Source: Nitrospirota bacterium (GTDB lineage: Bacteria > Nitrospirota > UBA9217). From it: a stretch of 64,000 nt of DNA. Under the pieces are notes generated by a model. The model saw only the letters and a program-made list of their open reading frames with translations. It ran no database searches and was not told where the DNA came from. The stretch spans positions 160,001 through 224,000 of the forward strand of contig CAVUCU010000005.1 in assembly GCA_963740085.1 (NCBI GenBank), read 5' to 3'. Position 1 is the stretch's first letter. Each line of letters opens with the position of its first letter. Position numbers and translations under genes: made by a program. Below, piece after piece: positions 24,134 through 35,763 of this stretch.

Positions 24134-24323
24134 TTTACGCGGTTACCGCGAAGTCATATAAGGAAGCAAAGCATAAGCCGGATTTCAAGGTGTAAATTGC
24201 AGAATTGCTGTATGGCCTCGGGCCATGACCTGTATTCAATAATGTTAGCTTCTGCCTTCTGCTCTCTGTGTTGTGTTTTTGTCTTCATCAGACTTGGTAT
24301 CTTTGTGCTTTAAGAGGATATAT

Positions 24324-25751
24324 ATGCTGAAAGTCATCATCATTGGCGGCGGAATCGCCGGCCTGGCAGCTGCCGTCCACCTCAAGTCCGGGGCCAAGGC
24401 CTACGACAAGACCATTGACGTGCTGGTGCTCGAAAAAAACAATCGCATCGGCGGCAAGATCTTGACCGAGAAGCACGATAAATATCTCATCGAAGGCGGA
24501 CCTGACAGTTTCCTCCCGGAAAAGGTCTGGTCTGTGAACCTCGCCCGCCATCTCGGTCTTGAGTCCGAGATGCTCCCGTCGAATGACCAGTTCAAGGGTA
24601 CATTCATTTATTCACGGGGAGAACTCCACTCCTTGCCGGAAGGCGTGATGCTCATGGTACCAACCTCGTTCTGGCCTATGGCCAAGTCCCACCTCATCAC
24701 CTGGCCCGGCAAGATCCGGATGGGCATGGAAATGTTCGTGCCGAAGCGGAAATCGCGGGATGACGAAAGTCTTGCTTCTTTCGTCACCCGCAGACTCGGT
24801 CGTGAATGTTTGGAGAAGATCGCTGAACCGCTCGTGGCCGGCATCCATACTTCAAATCCTGATAACATGAGCGTTCTGGCCACCTTCCCGCGCTTCGTGC
24901 AGATGGAGCAGAAGAGCGGGAGCCTCATTCGCGGCATGATCTCAACCTTGAAGAACCGTCCCCATGCAACGCTCAGCGGCCCATCACGCCCCGGGCATGA
25001 CGGCCCGAAGATGACCTACTTCATGAGCTTCAAGAACGGCATGCAGGCCCTGCCCCAGGCTTGTGCAGAGCATATTGGAAACGATTCAATCCGGATCAAT
25101 GCAGCGGTCAAGACCATCGAGCCGAACGGCAAAGGATATTCGGTTTTTCTCGAAACCGGCGAGACGCTCAAAGCCGACCACGTCATGCTCGCTTCGGCCG
25201 CCTATGATTCCCTGGAAATGGTAAAGGGTTTCGATGCAGACCTTGCGGAGAAGATGGGCGTGATCCAGTGGTCGTCGTCAGCCACGGTCTCGATCGTGTT
25301 CAAGAAGGAAGACGTGAGGGTTCCGCTCAGGGGCTTCGGCTTCATTGTCCCCCGTGTCGAGGGAAGAAGGGTCAACGCGGCCACGTACAGCTCCATCAAG
25401 TGGTCGTATCGCGCACCCGACGATACGATCATGGTCCGCGTCTTTGTAGGAGGGGGCCACCACGAGGAACTCGTGCACGACCTCGATGACGCGGGCATGG
25501 TCAGGATGGTGCTCGAGGAGTTGGACACGGTCCTCGGACTCAAGGCAAATGCCCTCTTCTCGAAAGTCTACCGCTGGTATAAAGGGATGCCTAAATATAC
25601 GGTCGGACATCTTGATCAGATCGCGGTCCTGGACCGGATGCTTGCGTCACATCCGGGACTTCATCTCATCGGCTGCTCATACAAGGGTATCGGCATCGGC
25701 GACTGTGTGCATGAGGCGCAGATAGCGGCGGAAAAGATATTGAAGAGTTAG
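24324..25751 (+). CDS. hemY: HemY-type proto/coproporphyrinogen oxidase
   Basis: GGGIAGLAAA, IEGGPDSF, GFGFIVP, MPKYTVGH, GIGIGDCV. Confidence 0.92.
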   Translation: MLKVIIIGGGIAGLAAAVHLKSGAKAYDKTIDVLVLEKNNRIGGKILTEKHDKYLIEGGPDSFLPEKVWSVNLARHLGLESEMLPSNDQFKGTFIYSRGELHSLPEGVMLMVPTSFWPMAKSHLITWPGKIRMGMEMFVPKRKSRDDESLASFVTRRLGRECLEKIAEPLVAGIHTSNPDNMSVLATFPRFVQMEQKSGSLIRGMISTLKNRPHATLSGPSRPGHDGPKMTYFMSFKNGMQALPQACAEHIGNDSIRINAAVKTIEPNGKGYSVFLETGETLKADHVMLASAAYDSLEMVKGFDADLAEKMGVIQWSSSATVSIVFKKEDVRVPLRGFGFIVPRVEGRRVNAATYSSIKWSYRAPDDTIMVRVFVGGGHHEELVHDLDDAGMVRMVLEELDTVLGLKANALFSKVYRWYKGMPKYTVGHLDQIAVLDRMLASHPGLHLIGCSYKGIGIGDCVHEAQIAAEKILKS

Positions 25752-25782
25752 CAGAGGTTTGAAAATATTTCGACACTACGAG

Positions 25783-25818
25783 AAAAGGCCGGAGAGAACG
25801 AATCCCTCCGGCCTTTTT
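25783..25818 (+). terminator. Intrinsic terminator after hemY
   Basis: AAAAGGCCGGAG-loop-CTCCGGCCTTTTT. Confidence 0.8.
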
Positions 25819-25983
25819 CTTTCTTCTTTCTATTCACCGGGCATGACCACAAGCTCATGGCGAACCGCTTATGAACCGCCCTGCTTCGATTTGCGCGGCA
25901 TCGTTGACATAATCAACGAAACCTCCCTTCAATTATCAAGAGATGTAAAATCAGAAATACAGTTTAGAATTGTTCTTTTTTAC

Positions 25984-26012
25984 TTGCGCAGGGCATCATC
26001 TTCAGCTATACT
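25984..26012 (+). promoter_or_regulatory. Putative sigma70 promoter for the 26072 ORF
   Basis: TTGCGC-17 nt-TATACT. Confidence 0.5.
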
Positions 26013-26071
26013 GGGTCTAAAAGAGGACAGAACAGGTATTAATTGAGCCCGCAAAGGAGGAAGTCCAGCAT

Positions 26072-26608
26072 ATGACTACAACAGCCATCGCTCCACTGGA
26101 GTACAAGAACGATTTTTTCACCATCAGCATCCGTGAGTCCGAGCGCCGGCCGGGGAGCTACATCTTCAGCAGCGGCCTCAGCCTTCCCAAGTTCGACCCC
26201 ATCATCTGGGGAAGGACCGGTATTTGCTCCAACGCGGCATTCAAAGGCCTTCAGCAGCTTCGGGCCGATGTTTCCCACTTTGCCCTGCAGCGGGGCATTG
26301 TGACGAAGAACGTCGATTTTCCCTCCGCCTCATCAGGCGGACACGGGCACGGCTGGTATGAGGAAAATGCCCTCTTGATCGAGGACGCGTCGTTCGAAGC
26401 TGTCCAGGAGATCCTCGAGTTCAGCGCGCGGGACCTCGTCCAGACAGTGCTGAATGCCTGCCAATCGGATGCCAAGGTACCGGCTGGATCCCTGGATCCC
26501 GCAGTAATGCAGCGCTTCCTCGAATCGGTGAGCATCTCGAATTACCGGGAAGCGGCCCCCTCGCCGATCTTGAAACCGACCGGAGAGACAGTAGACGGGA
26601 GATGCTAG
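26072..26608 (+). CDS. Hypothetical protein
   Basis: 178 aa ORF with an AGGAGG RBS, its own promoter candidate and a terminator; no recognised motif. Confidence 0.75.
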   Translation: MTTTAIAPLEYKNDFFTISIRESERRPGSYIFSSGLSLPKFDPIIWGRTGICSNAAFKGLQQLRADVSHFALQRGIVTKNVDFPSASSGGHGHGWYEENALLIEDASFEAVQEILEFSARDLVQTVLNACQSDAKVPAGSLDPAVMQRFLESVSISNYREAAPSPILKPTGETVDGRC

Positions 26609-26647
26609 ACTGCGGGTAGTATATAAAATAAAGGCAGAGACGGTTAA

Positions 26648-26686
26648 AACACGAAGGCCCGGGAATTTCCCGGGCCCGTGTTATTT
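26648..26686 (+). terminator. Intrinsic terminator
   Basis: AACACGAAGGCCCGGGAA/TTCCCGGGCCCGTGTT hairpin followed by TATTT. Confidence 0.65.
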
Positions 26687-27060
26687 CATGGAAGGACGTT
26701 CCGCTCAAGACAAGTAAACCCTCGCTCTCCGGGAGGCTCATGGTCTCGTAGCGGACGAGACTACGTTCCAGTTCCAGTAGTCCATTTGACACGCGCAGAC
26801 TTCCCCTTGTTTTCACGTCTTATTCATGATATTTTCCGCACATGCATGAAAAAGCTGTCCAATTGATCGATCTGACCCATGGTTCTCCGGAATTCGATCA
26901 GGCATACGCTATTATGAGTTCGGACATTGCCCCTGAGTTCATGGAGACAGCGGAATTCTGAGGAACCGTCTTCGCGTCGGAGACGAGGGACCGAAGATGG
27001 AAACCAAGTCTACTTTGTTTCCATTTTCTCAATCCACTGCCACGTGCGAAACCGAAAAGA

Positions 27061-27093
27061 AAAAGGCCGGAGAGATAAATCCCTCCGGCCCTT
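27061..27093 (-). terminator. Intrinsic terminator after groEL
   Basis: GGCCGGAG-loop-CTCCGGCC with a T-run on the minus strand; near copy of 25783-25813. Confidence 0.8.
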
Positions 27094-27126
27094 GTGCATT
27101 CCCTCGTGAAAGGAAAATTTTTATTC

Positions 27127-28797
<1,671 letters not shown>

Positions 28798-28842
28798 TCA
28801 TAATGTTGATCATGCGTTCCCTTGAGGGAACCTTCAGGGAAC

Positions 28843-29109
28843 TTAGCTCAGAATGCCGAGCACGTCTTCTTCCTTTACGATCAGATAGTCGACATTGTCG
28901 AGGATGATCTTCGAACCCGAATATCGGTCAAAGAGGATCGTATTGCCTACCTTGAGGGACTTCACCTCATCACCTACCGCTTCAACCTTCCCGCTCTGCG
29001 GTTTTTCTTTCGCGGAGTCCGGAATATACAGTCCGCCTGCAGTCTTCTCCAGTTCCGCGGTATAGCTTACGAACACCCTGTCTTTCAATGGCTTGAATTT
29101 TACACTCAT
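28843..29109 (-). CDS. groS: Co-chaperonin GroES
   Basis: KPLKDRV, KTAGGLYIPDSAKEKPQ. Confidence 0.95.
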   Translation of the reverse strand: MSVKFKPLKDRVFVSYTAELEKTAGGLYIPDSAKEKPQSGKVEAVGDEVKSLKVGNTILFDRYSGSKIILDNVDYLIVKEEDVLGILS

Positions 29110-29158
29110 GTGTGCTCAACTCCTTTCGTGAATTATAAGTTTTATTATAGCAGAAAAT

Positions 29159-29185
29159 TTAGCACTCGTTTAAGGCGAGTGCTAA
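29159..29185. promoter_or_regulatory. CIRCE element (HrcA operator)
   Basis: Perfect TTAGCACTC-N9-GAGTGCTAA upstream of groES. Confidence 0.97.
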
Positions 29186-29304
29186 TATATGGCGGTGGCC
29201 CAAAAAAAGCAAATACAGTATTTTGCAATTTAAGACCATTTAATGAATTTATAGATCAAATTTACTAGAAATCTAAGGATTACTGGTTTTTTTAACTTAT
29301 TAAC

Positions 29305-29334
29305 AAAAAAGCAGGGATAATATCCCTGCTTTTT
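29305..29334. terminator. Bidirectional-type terminator after the S41 protease gene
   Basis: AAAAAAGCAGGGATA/ATCCCTGCTTTTT. Confidence 0.8.
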
Positions 29335-29368
29335 CAATTTGTTACAATTTTTTTTTCAATGAGCTTTT

Positions 29369-30730
29369 CTATTTTCCCTTTTTTGCCGAGATCGGAAGGT
29401 TCTTAAATACGTCATCGGCCTTCATTGCCGGCTTTAAAATCTCGATTGCCTTCTGTATTTGAATATCGTCCTTCTTGTCTTTCGGCGTAACTTCCATCGA
29501 GAACTCGTCTTCAACTGACGAGGTGCCCTTTTCTTTTTTCTTCTCCTCTTTGACCGTATCGTTCTTTAAGTGTCGCTCAAGGTCCTTCTCGCGCACAACA
29601 ACATGCAGTGAATCAGTAGTACCCTCCTTCGCTTCTTTTACCGTCTGCAATTTCACCTCGATGTCCGGCGTAATGCCGACGTTCTGAATCGAGCGGCCGC
29701 TTGGTGTATAGTACTTGGCAGTCGTAAGCCGAATACCACCACCGTCTTCAAGTGGGAATACGGTCTGGACCGATCCCTTGCCGAAGGTCTGCGTACCGAC
29801 GATCACGGCGCGCTTTGAATCCTGCAATGCGCCCGCAACAATTTCCGACGCGCTCGCGCTCCCAGTGTTAACGAGCACGACCATCGGGAACTCCCTGGGT
29901 GGTTCCGATCCGCTGGTCAGAAAGTCCTTCCGGTCAGTCTTCTGCCTGCCCTGGATGTACACTACAAGCGAATCCTTCGGCAGGAACTTGCCGCTCACGT
30001 CCACGGAAGCGTCAAGGAGTCCACCCGGATCGTTGCGCAGGTCAAGGACCAGCTTTTTGATCCCCTTTGCCTCAAGGTTCTTCAACGCTTTTTCGAGCTC
30101 TTCAGTGGTCTGCCCTTGAAACTGGATTATCTTGATATAACCGATCTCGTTGTTCAGCATCTCAGACTTCACGCTCGTCACTTTGATGACATCGCGTGTA
30201 ATCTTGAACTCCTTCGGTTTGTCCCATCCTTCGCGATAGATCAGGAGGGTCACCTGAGTGTTTTTTGGACCGCGCATTTTGTCCACAGCCTGCTCGATCG
30301 ACATGTCCTTGGTCCACTCATCGTTGATCTTCATTATCTTGTCCCCGGCAGCGAGTCCCGCGCGGAAAGCAGGGGTATCATCGATTGGCGCGATTACGGT
30401 AAGTTGCTGGTTCTTGACCCCGATCTGTATCCCAACACCCTGGAACTCGCCCTTGATGTCGAGGTTCATCTCTTTGAATGACCGTTCGTTCATATAGGAC
30501 GAATGGGGGTCGAGGCTCGAGACCATGCCCCGGATGGCGCCCTGGATCAATTCCTTGGAATCCGGGTTCTCTACATAGTTCCGCTTTACAAGCTCGAGTG
30601 CCTGGGTGAAGGCCTTCAGTTCCTCATAAGTATCGGGCTTGGCCTGGACCATCCCCTGACCGATTACAATGCCGGTCAATAAAAGGACCAGCGAGGCCAT
30701 CAGAAACTTCTTTTTGTTGATCCGTAACAT
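29369..30730 (-). CDS. ctpA: Carboxyl-terminal processing protease (S41, PDZ)
   Basis: LDPHSSY, DLRNDPGG, SASASEIVAGALQD, TFGKGSVQ; ATG at 30730 with RBS. Confidence 0.92.
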   Translation of the reverse strand: MLRINKKKFLMASLVLLLTGIVIGQGMVQAKPDTYEELKAFTQALELVKRNYVENPDSKELIQGAIRGMVSSLDPHSSYMNERSFKEMNLDIKGEFQGVGIQIGVKNQQLTVIAPIDDTPAFRAGLAAGDKIMKINDEWTKDMSIEQAVDKMRGPKNTQVTLLIYREGWDKPKEFKITRDVIKVTSVKSEMLNNEIGYIKIIQFQGQTTEELEKALKNLEAKGIKKLVLDLRNDPGGLLDASVDVSGKFLPKDSLVVYIQGRQKTDRKDFLTSGSEPPREFPMVVLVNTGSASASEIVAGALQDSKRAVIVGTQTFGKGSVQTVFPLEDGGGIRLTTAKYYTPSGRSIQNVGITPDIEVKLQTVKEAKEGTTDSLHVVVREKDLERHLKNDTVKEEKKKEKGTSSVEDEFSMEVTPKDKKDDIQIQKAIEILKPAMKADDVFKNLPISAKKGK

Positions 30731-30949
30731 TTCATCATCCTCCAGATGGTTTTGCATAATAACTCTCCCTGAAAAGAACCAGCAGTTATAGTGCATAGTG
30801 AATTGATCTTGACCTTCAGGTTTTTCCTAACTGCTCACGACAAAACCACAGTCTCCCTCTACTGGGATCCTTTGGTTAGATCTCGTTTTTTTGCGGTGTT
30901 ACTTGAGTTGACGCTATTTTCATTTAACGATCATAAATTTCTACTAATA

Positions 30950-32134
30950 TTACTTTTTTGCCAGCCATCGGAGCGGGTCCTGAGCTTCGCCGTTCCGGCG
31001 TATCTCGAAGTATAGTTTAGAACCCTTCAGGCTGCCCGTGTCCCCCGCAAGACCGATCACCTGACCCTGGGCTGCACGAGCCCCTTTGGCCAAGTCGACC
31101 CGCGAGAGATTGCCGTAGAGTGTATATAACCCGTTCCCGTGGTCAAGGATCATGAGTTTCCCGAAGCCTTTGTACCAGTCCGCGTATGCCACTACCCCAT
31201 CGCGCACCGCACGAACCGATTCCCCTTCATGTGCCTGGATCTCTATCCCATGGCGGTATACCATGGTGCCGAATTGCGGATGACGCTGCATACCGAACCT
31301 TGTCAGCACCGTACCTTCAAGTGGCCAGGGAAGCCGGGACCCTTCGCGGTCTGCGGGTTCGCTCTCGTGCCGTGAAGTCGGAGCTTTCGCCGCCCTCTTC
31401 TCCTGTTCGTCCTTCCTGATCATGGCCCAGAGACTGGCCGACGACTCTTCAAGTTCGTGCAGGGACTGCTCGTAAAGGCCCTTCTCCTGCCTCACGCCGG
31501 CAAGAATGACAGCCTTCTTCCCTCTCCGAGCCTCGAGCTCCACCTTCTTTGCTTCCACCGCCCGCTGGCGTGCGATCAGCTCGGTTCTTCTCTCCGCTAT
31601 CTCCGACTGTTGCGCCGCAAGCCTCTTCAGAGTGCTGCCGTACTCCCGGATGACCTCCTGGTCACGCGCGGCGACCATGCCGAGATACTTGACACGCTTC
31701 ATCGTTTGGTCTAATCCGTCCGGGGAAAGTATTGCCACGGCGTATCCGCTCCGGTTCATTTTGTAAAGCGCCCGGAGCCGCTGGCCATAGTGCTGCTTCA
31801 ATGCGACAAGTTCACGACTCAGCGCGGTGTTGTTCTCCTCAACCTCACGAAGGGCCTTCTCGGACCCTCGCAGCCGCTGCTGCTGGTCGGCTAGCTCCGC
31901 ACGACCCGCCTGTATGTACCGGTCGATCTTTTCGAGCTCCGACAGGATTGAACGCTCCTTGCGGTCCGCGCGTTTCAGTTCCTTTTTTTTCTCGCGCATC
32001 TCGCGCTTGATGCGATCGAGCTCTTTTTTTTGAACTACTCTGTCAGCGCTAAATACTGAAGAGCTGCCCACGAGGAGCGCGAGCAGAAAAACAAACATCA
32101 ACACGAAAATGCGGGCACCCTTCATCCTTTGCAT
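30950..32134 (-). CDS. envC: Murein hydrolase activator EnvC (coiled coil plus degenerate M23)
   Basis: Signal peptide, coiled coil, LPWP, LYGNL, LYFEIR; follows ftsEX. Confidence 0.88.
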   Translation of the reverse strand: MQRMKGARIFVLMFVFLLALLVGSSSVFSADRVVQKKELDRIKREMREKKKELKRADRKERSILSELEKIDRYIQAGRAELADQQQRLRGSEKALREVEENNTALSRELVALKQHYGQRLRALYKMNRSGYAVAILSPDGLDQTMKRVKYLGMVAARDQEVIREYGSTLKRLAAQQSEIAERRTELIARQRAVEAKKVELEARRGKKAVILAGVRQEKGLYEQSLHELEESSASLWAMIRKDEQEKRAAKAPTSRHESEPADREGSRLPWPLEGTVLTRFGMQRHPQFGTMVYRHGIEIQAHEGESVRAVRDGVVAYADWYKGFGKLMILDHGNGLYTLYGNLSRVDLAKGARAAQGQVIGLAGDTGSLKGSKLYFEIRRNGEAQDPLRWLAKK

Positions 32135-32137
32135 TCA

Positions 32138-33025
32138 CTACTCCAGGAACTTGCTGACCGAGACCAGCCCACCGGCCAACCCAAGCAAGCCGCCGCCGCC
32201 AATGATATATGCTACCACCGAAAGCGGCAGAAAGTCCAGCCCATTCGGCCGCGACAGGAAGAGGAAAACCTCCCGGGGCATCGCATAATAAACGCCCGCA
32301 AGAACACCCACGGCGAGTGCCGAGCCCAGCATGGCGAGCATCATACCTTCGATGAGGAACGGCCCCTGGATGAAACCCCTGGTCGCTCCTATCCATTGCA
32401 TCAGTTCGATCTCCTGACCACGAGAGTACAGCGCCAACCGTACCGAATTGGATATAATAAACACCACGGTCACCCCGAGCAGAACGGCCAACGCCATCCC
32501 ACCATAGGCGATTGCCTTGTAAAAGCCCGCCAGCACCCTGGCGCCTTCTTTCCCATAGGTGACGTCTTCCACGCCCCGATATTCGGAAAACTTCCCAGCC
32601 ATGGCCTCGAGTTGCTCCGCCTCGCCATACCCGCGGTCAATGGTTATCTCATAGGAATCAGGTAGCGGGTTCTCCACCAAACCCTGGATCAGGGCTTCCT
32701 GGCCCTTCAAATCTTTTTTGAACAACTGGAGCGCCTCGGCCCTGGACAGATAGCGGACCTTCTTCACGCCCGGCTCAATCTTGATCCGGTGCTGAATAAA
32801 ATCCTTTTCGTGCTCCGTCAGCCCATCCTTCAGGTATACGGACATCTCGAGACGGTCCCCCAGGGTATTCACCGCGGTCTGGAGATTCAGGAATACAATC
32901 AGGAAAAACCCCACGATCATCATGGCCATGCTTATCGTTCCCACGGCGAGGAGATTCACGAGGCTGTTAGCGCGGAGTCCGCGGAAAGCCTCAGCGATAA
33001 AATAGAACAGGCCGTATCCTTTCAC
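32138..33025 (-). CDS. ftsX: Cell division permease FtsX
   Basis: ENPLPDS, IGATRGFIQGPFLIEG, four TM segments. Confidence 0.92.
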   Translation of the reverse strand: MKGYGLFYFIAEAFRGLRANSLVNLLAVGTISMAMMIVGFFLIVFLNLQTAVNTLGDRLEMSVYLKDGLTEHEKDFIQHRIKIEPGVKKVRYLSRAEALQLFKKDLKGQEALIQGLVENPLPDSYEITIDRGYGEAEQLEAMAGKFSEYRGVEDVTYGKEGARVLAGFYKAIAYGGMALAVLLGVTVVFIISNSVRLALYSRGQEIELMQWIGATRGFIQGPFLIEGMMLAMLGSALAVGVLAGVYYAMPREVFLFLSRPNGLDFLPLSVVAYIIGGGGLLGLAGGLVSVSKFLE

Positions 33026-33717
33026 GGTTCCCTCTTGAGGGTCGGCGCATTCGGGGACTGACTTCCGCTGTCAATGACCTTCCCGCCCTCCATGGTTATG
33101 ATCCTGCGTTGCATCTTCCGTACCGTTTCCCAGTCGTGTGTGGCCACCAGAACGGTCGTGCCTTTCATATTGATGTCCCGGAACAGGCGGAACACCTCCT
33201 GGGCGCTTTGGGGATCCAGGTTGCCTGTGGGCTCGTCGGCAAGCAGCACCTGGGGTTCGTTCACGAGCGCGCGGGCCACGGCGACCTTCTGTTGCTCCCC
33301 GCCCGAGAGCTTCGGCGGCGTCAAGTGACGCTTGTTTTCCATCCCGACCTTCTTGAGCACCTGGTACACACGCTGCTCGATCTCGCCGGCAGGTGTACCG
33401 ACCACTTTGAGCGCAAGGGCGATATTTTCCGAAATAGTCTTGTGCGGGAGGAGTTTGTAGTCCTGAAACACGAAACCGATATTACGCCTGAGGTAGGGAA
33501 TCGTCGAGGATTTTAACCGGAAGGTATTTATGCCCTGCATCACGATCCGCCCCTCGTCCGCATGCTCGGCACAGAAGAGGATCTTCAGCAGGGTGGACTT
33601 GCCGGCGCCGCTCGGACCGGTGACGAAAACAAACTCGCCCTTGTCAACCGTGAAGCTCACCTCGCGGAGAGCGGGCACTCCCTCAAAATATTTTGTCACC
33701 CTATAAAGCCGGATCAT
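33022..33717 (-). CDS. ftsE: Cell division ATP-binding protein FtsE
   Basis: GPSGAGKST, LSGGEQQ, LLADEPTGNLD. Confidence 0.94.
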   Translation of the reverse strand: MIRLYRVTKYFEGVPALREVSFTVDKGEFVFVTGPSGAGKSTLLKILFCAEHADEGRIVMQGINTFRLKSSTIPYLRRNIGFVFQDYKLLPHKTISENIALALKVVGTPAGEIEQRVYQVLKKVGMENKRHLTPPKLSGGEQQKVAVARALVNEPQVLLADEPTGNLDPQSAQEVFRLFRDINMKGTTVLVATHDWETVRKMQRRIITMEGGKVIDSGSQSPNAPTLKREP

Positions 33718-33722
33718 GTATT

Positions 33723-33765
33723 AAATCTCAAATCACAAGCTCCAAATCCCCGATAAACTTCAAAT
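33723..33765. repeat. Heptamer array (tkt-ftsE spacer)
   Basis: AAATCTC AAATCAC AAGCTCC AAATCCC. Confidence 0.7.
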
Positions 33766-33773
33766 CGTGATGA

Positions 33774-34715
33774 TCAGCGCTTCTTTTTTTTTATGACTTC
33801 TTTGACCGCGGTTACGATGTCACCCGCGGACAGGCCGTAATGTTTCAGCAGCCCTTCCTGATCACCGGACGTGCCGAAGGTGTCCTTGACGCCGATGCGC
33901 AGCATCGGAACCGGTGCAGATTCGCAAAGCACCTCTGCCACGGCTCCGCCCAGGCCGCCGATGATCGAGTGTTCTTCAGCGGTCACGATCGCGCCGCTCT
34001 GCTTCGCGGCCGCCACTACGGCGCCGGTATCGATCGGCTTGATCGTAGACATGTTGATAACGCCGGCATCAATCCCTTCGGCCTTCAACAAGTCACGCGC
34101 CTTGATCGCCTCGGCGACCATGATGCCCGTCGCGATTATGGCGGCGTCCCTGCCCTCATTGAATACGTGGGCCTTCCCGATCTTGAACCTATACTCCTCG
34201 CCAAAGAGTGTCGGCACCTTGTTCCGTCCCACACGCACATAGCACGGGCCCTTGTGCTCCGCCACGGCCTCGATGGCCTGCAGGGTCTCGGGACCGTCAG
34301 CTGGAACGATCACGGTCATATGCGGGAGCACGCGCATCACGGCAATATCCTCGACAGACTGATGCGACCCGCCATCCTCGCCCACCGTAATGCCCGCGTG
34401 GCTCGCCACGATCTTCACGTTCATGTTCGGATAGCAAATGGACTGCCTCACCTGCTCCCAGGCCCTACCCGTCGCGAACACCGCAAAGGTGCTTGCGAAC
34501 GGCAGCTTACCGGCAATGGCGAAGCCGGCCGCCGTGCCCATCATGTCCTGCTCGGCTATGCCGATATTGAAGAACCGATCCGGGAACACCTTGGCAAATT
34601 TGGAAGTCTTCGTCGAACCCGACAGGTCCGCGTCGAGAACCACCACATTATCCCGCTTTTTCCCGAGGGCCACCAGCGCGTCCCCGTATGCATCGCGTGT
34701 CGCTATCTTCGTCAC
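33774..34715 (-). CDS. Transketolase, C-terminal subunit
   Basis: ATRDAYG, GIAEQ, GEDGGSHQ, TAEEHSIIGGLG; GTG start with RBS. Confidence 0.93.
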   Translation of the reverse strand: MTKIATRDAYGDALVALGKKRDNVVVLDADLSGSTKTSKFAKVFPDRFFNIGIAEQDMMGTAAGFAIAGKLPFASTFAVFATGRAWEQVRQSICYPNMNVKIVASHAGITVGEDGGSHQSVEDIAVMRVLPHMTVIVPADGPETLQAIEAVAEHKGPCYVRVGRNKVPTLFGEEYRFKIGKAHVFNEGRDAAIIATGIMVAEAIKARDLLKAEGIDAGVINMSTIKPIDTGAVVAAAKQSGAIVTAEEHSIIGGLGGAVAEVLCESAPVPMLRIGVKDTFGTSGDQEGLLKHYGLSAGDIVTAVKEVIKKKKR

Positions 34716-34736
34716 GATTCCTCCCACTGTTACCGC

Positions 34737-34781
34737 AAATTCGAAATTTGAATTTTTTTAGCTTTTTTCGATATTCGAGTT
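34737..34781. repeat. Short inverted heptamer arrays between the transketolase halves
   Basis: AAATTCG AAATTTG AATT ... TTTTCGA TATTCGA GTT. Confidence 0.6.
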
Positions 34782-34790
34782 CATTCCCTG

Positions 34791-35633
34791 CTATTTACAC
34801 ACCGTCTCTTCCGACAACTCCTTCATCGCGATCGCAAGCTCTTCCTTCGTCGGCGTGGTTCCGTGGAACTCCACCTTGCCTTCAAACTGCTTCGAGCCCT
34901 TGCCCTTGACCGTTCGGCAAACGATCATGGTCGGCTTGCCTTTTACTGTTTCAGCCTCGTCGAGCGCGGAGGTGATGGCAGCCAGGTCGTGACCATCAAT
35001 ATCAAGCACTTCCCAACCAAAGGCACGCCATTTATCCGTGATCGGCTCCACGCCCATCACCCTCGCAACCGGCCCGTCGATCTGAAGCCCGTTGTTGTCC
35101 ACGAGCGCGCAAAGGTTATCGAGCTTGTAGTGCGCCGCGGTCATGGCAGCTTCCCAGATCTGGCCCTCCTGCAGTTCGCCGTCGCCGAGCAGGGCGTAGA
35201 CCCGGTTCGGCGTCTTGTCGAGCTTGTGCGCGAGCGCGATGCCGTTGGCCACGGACAGGCCCTGACCCAGCGAACCCGTGGATATCTCGACTCCCGGCAC
35301 ATACTTGCTGTCCGGATGGCCCTGAAGGCGCGATCCGAGCTTCCGGAGCGTGCAAAGCTCAGCATGCTCGATGAACCCCGCATGCGCGAGCACCGTGTAC
35401 AAAAGCGGCGCTGCATGGCCCTTCGAGAGGATGAAATGGTCCCGTCCCTTCCAGTCTGGCTTCTTCGCATCATACTTCAGCTTATAGAAGTAGAGCGCCG
35501 TCGCGATATCAGCCGCGGAGAGACTGCCGCCGGTATGCCCCGATCCGCACTCGGTCAGCATCTTCAGGATGTCGATTCGGACCCTTCTGGACTTGTCCGT
35601 CAATGCTTTCAACTGCTCTTTTGATGCCGCCAT
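34791..35633 (-). CDS. Transketolase, N-terminal subunit
   Basis: SGHTGGSLS, LSKGH, TGSLGQG, GDGELQEG. Confidence 0.94.
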   Translation of the reverse strand: MAASKEQLKALTDKSRRVRIDILKMLTECGSGHTGGSLSAADIATALYFYKLKYDAKKPDWKGRDHFILSKGHAAPLLYTVLAHAGFIEHAELCTLRKLGSRLQGHPDSKYVPGVEISTGSLGQGLSVANGIALAHKLDKTPNRVYALLGDGELQEGQIWEAAMTAAHYKLDNLCALVDNNGLQIDGPVARVMGVEPITDKWRAFGWEVLDIDGHDLAAITSALDEAETVKGKPTMIVCRTVKGKGSKQFEGKVEFHGTTPTKEELAIAMKELSEETVCK

Positions 35634-35763
35634 GCACCTATCCTCCTGGGTGGATCATAGTATGGTAATGAGCAACAAAGAATTAGAATCTGTTTAAAAA
35701 TGGTAGGCGTCGCACCGTTTTCCGCACGCATCAGCCCCGCATACGGCCGCGGCAATCGATGTT

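Noticed and set aside
29159-29185. Perfect inverted repeat upstream of groES as a novel operator
   Set aside because: It is the well-known CIRCE/HrcA element; listed as a feature.
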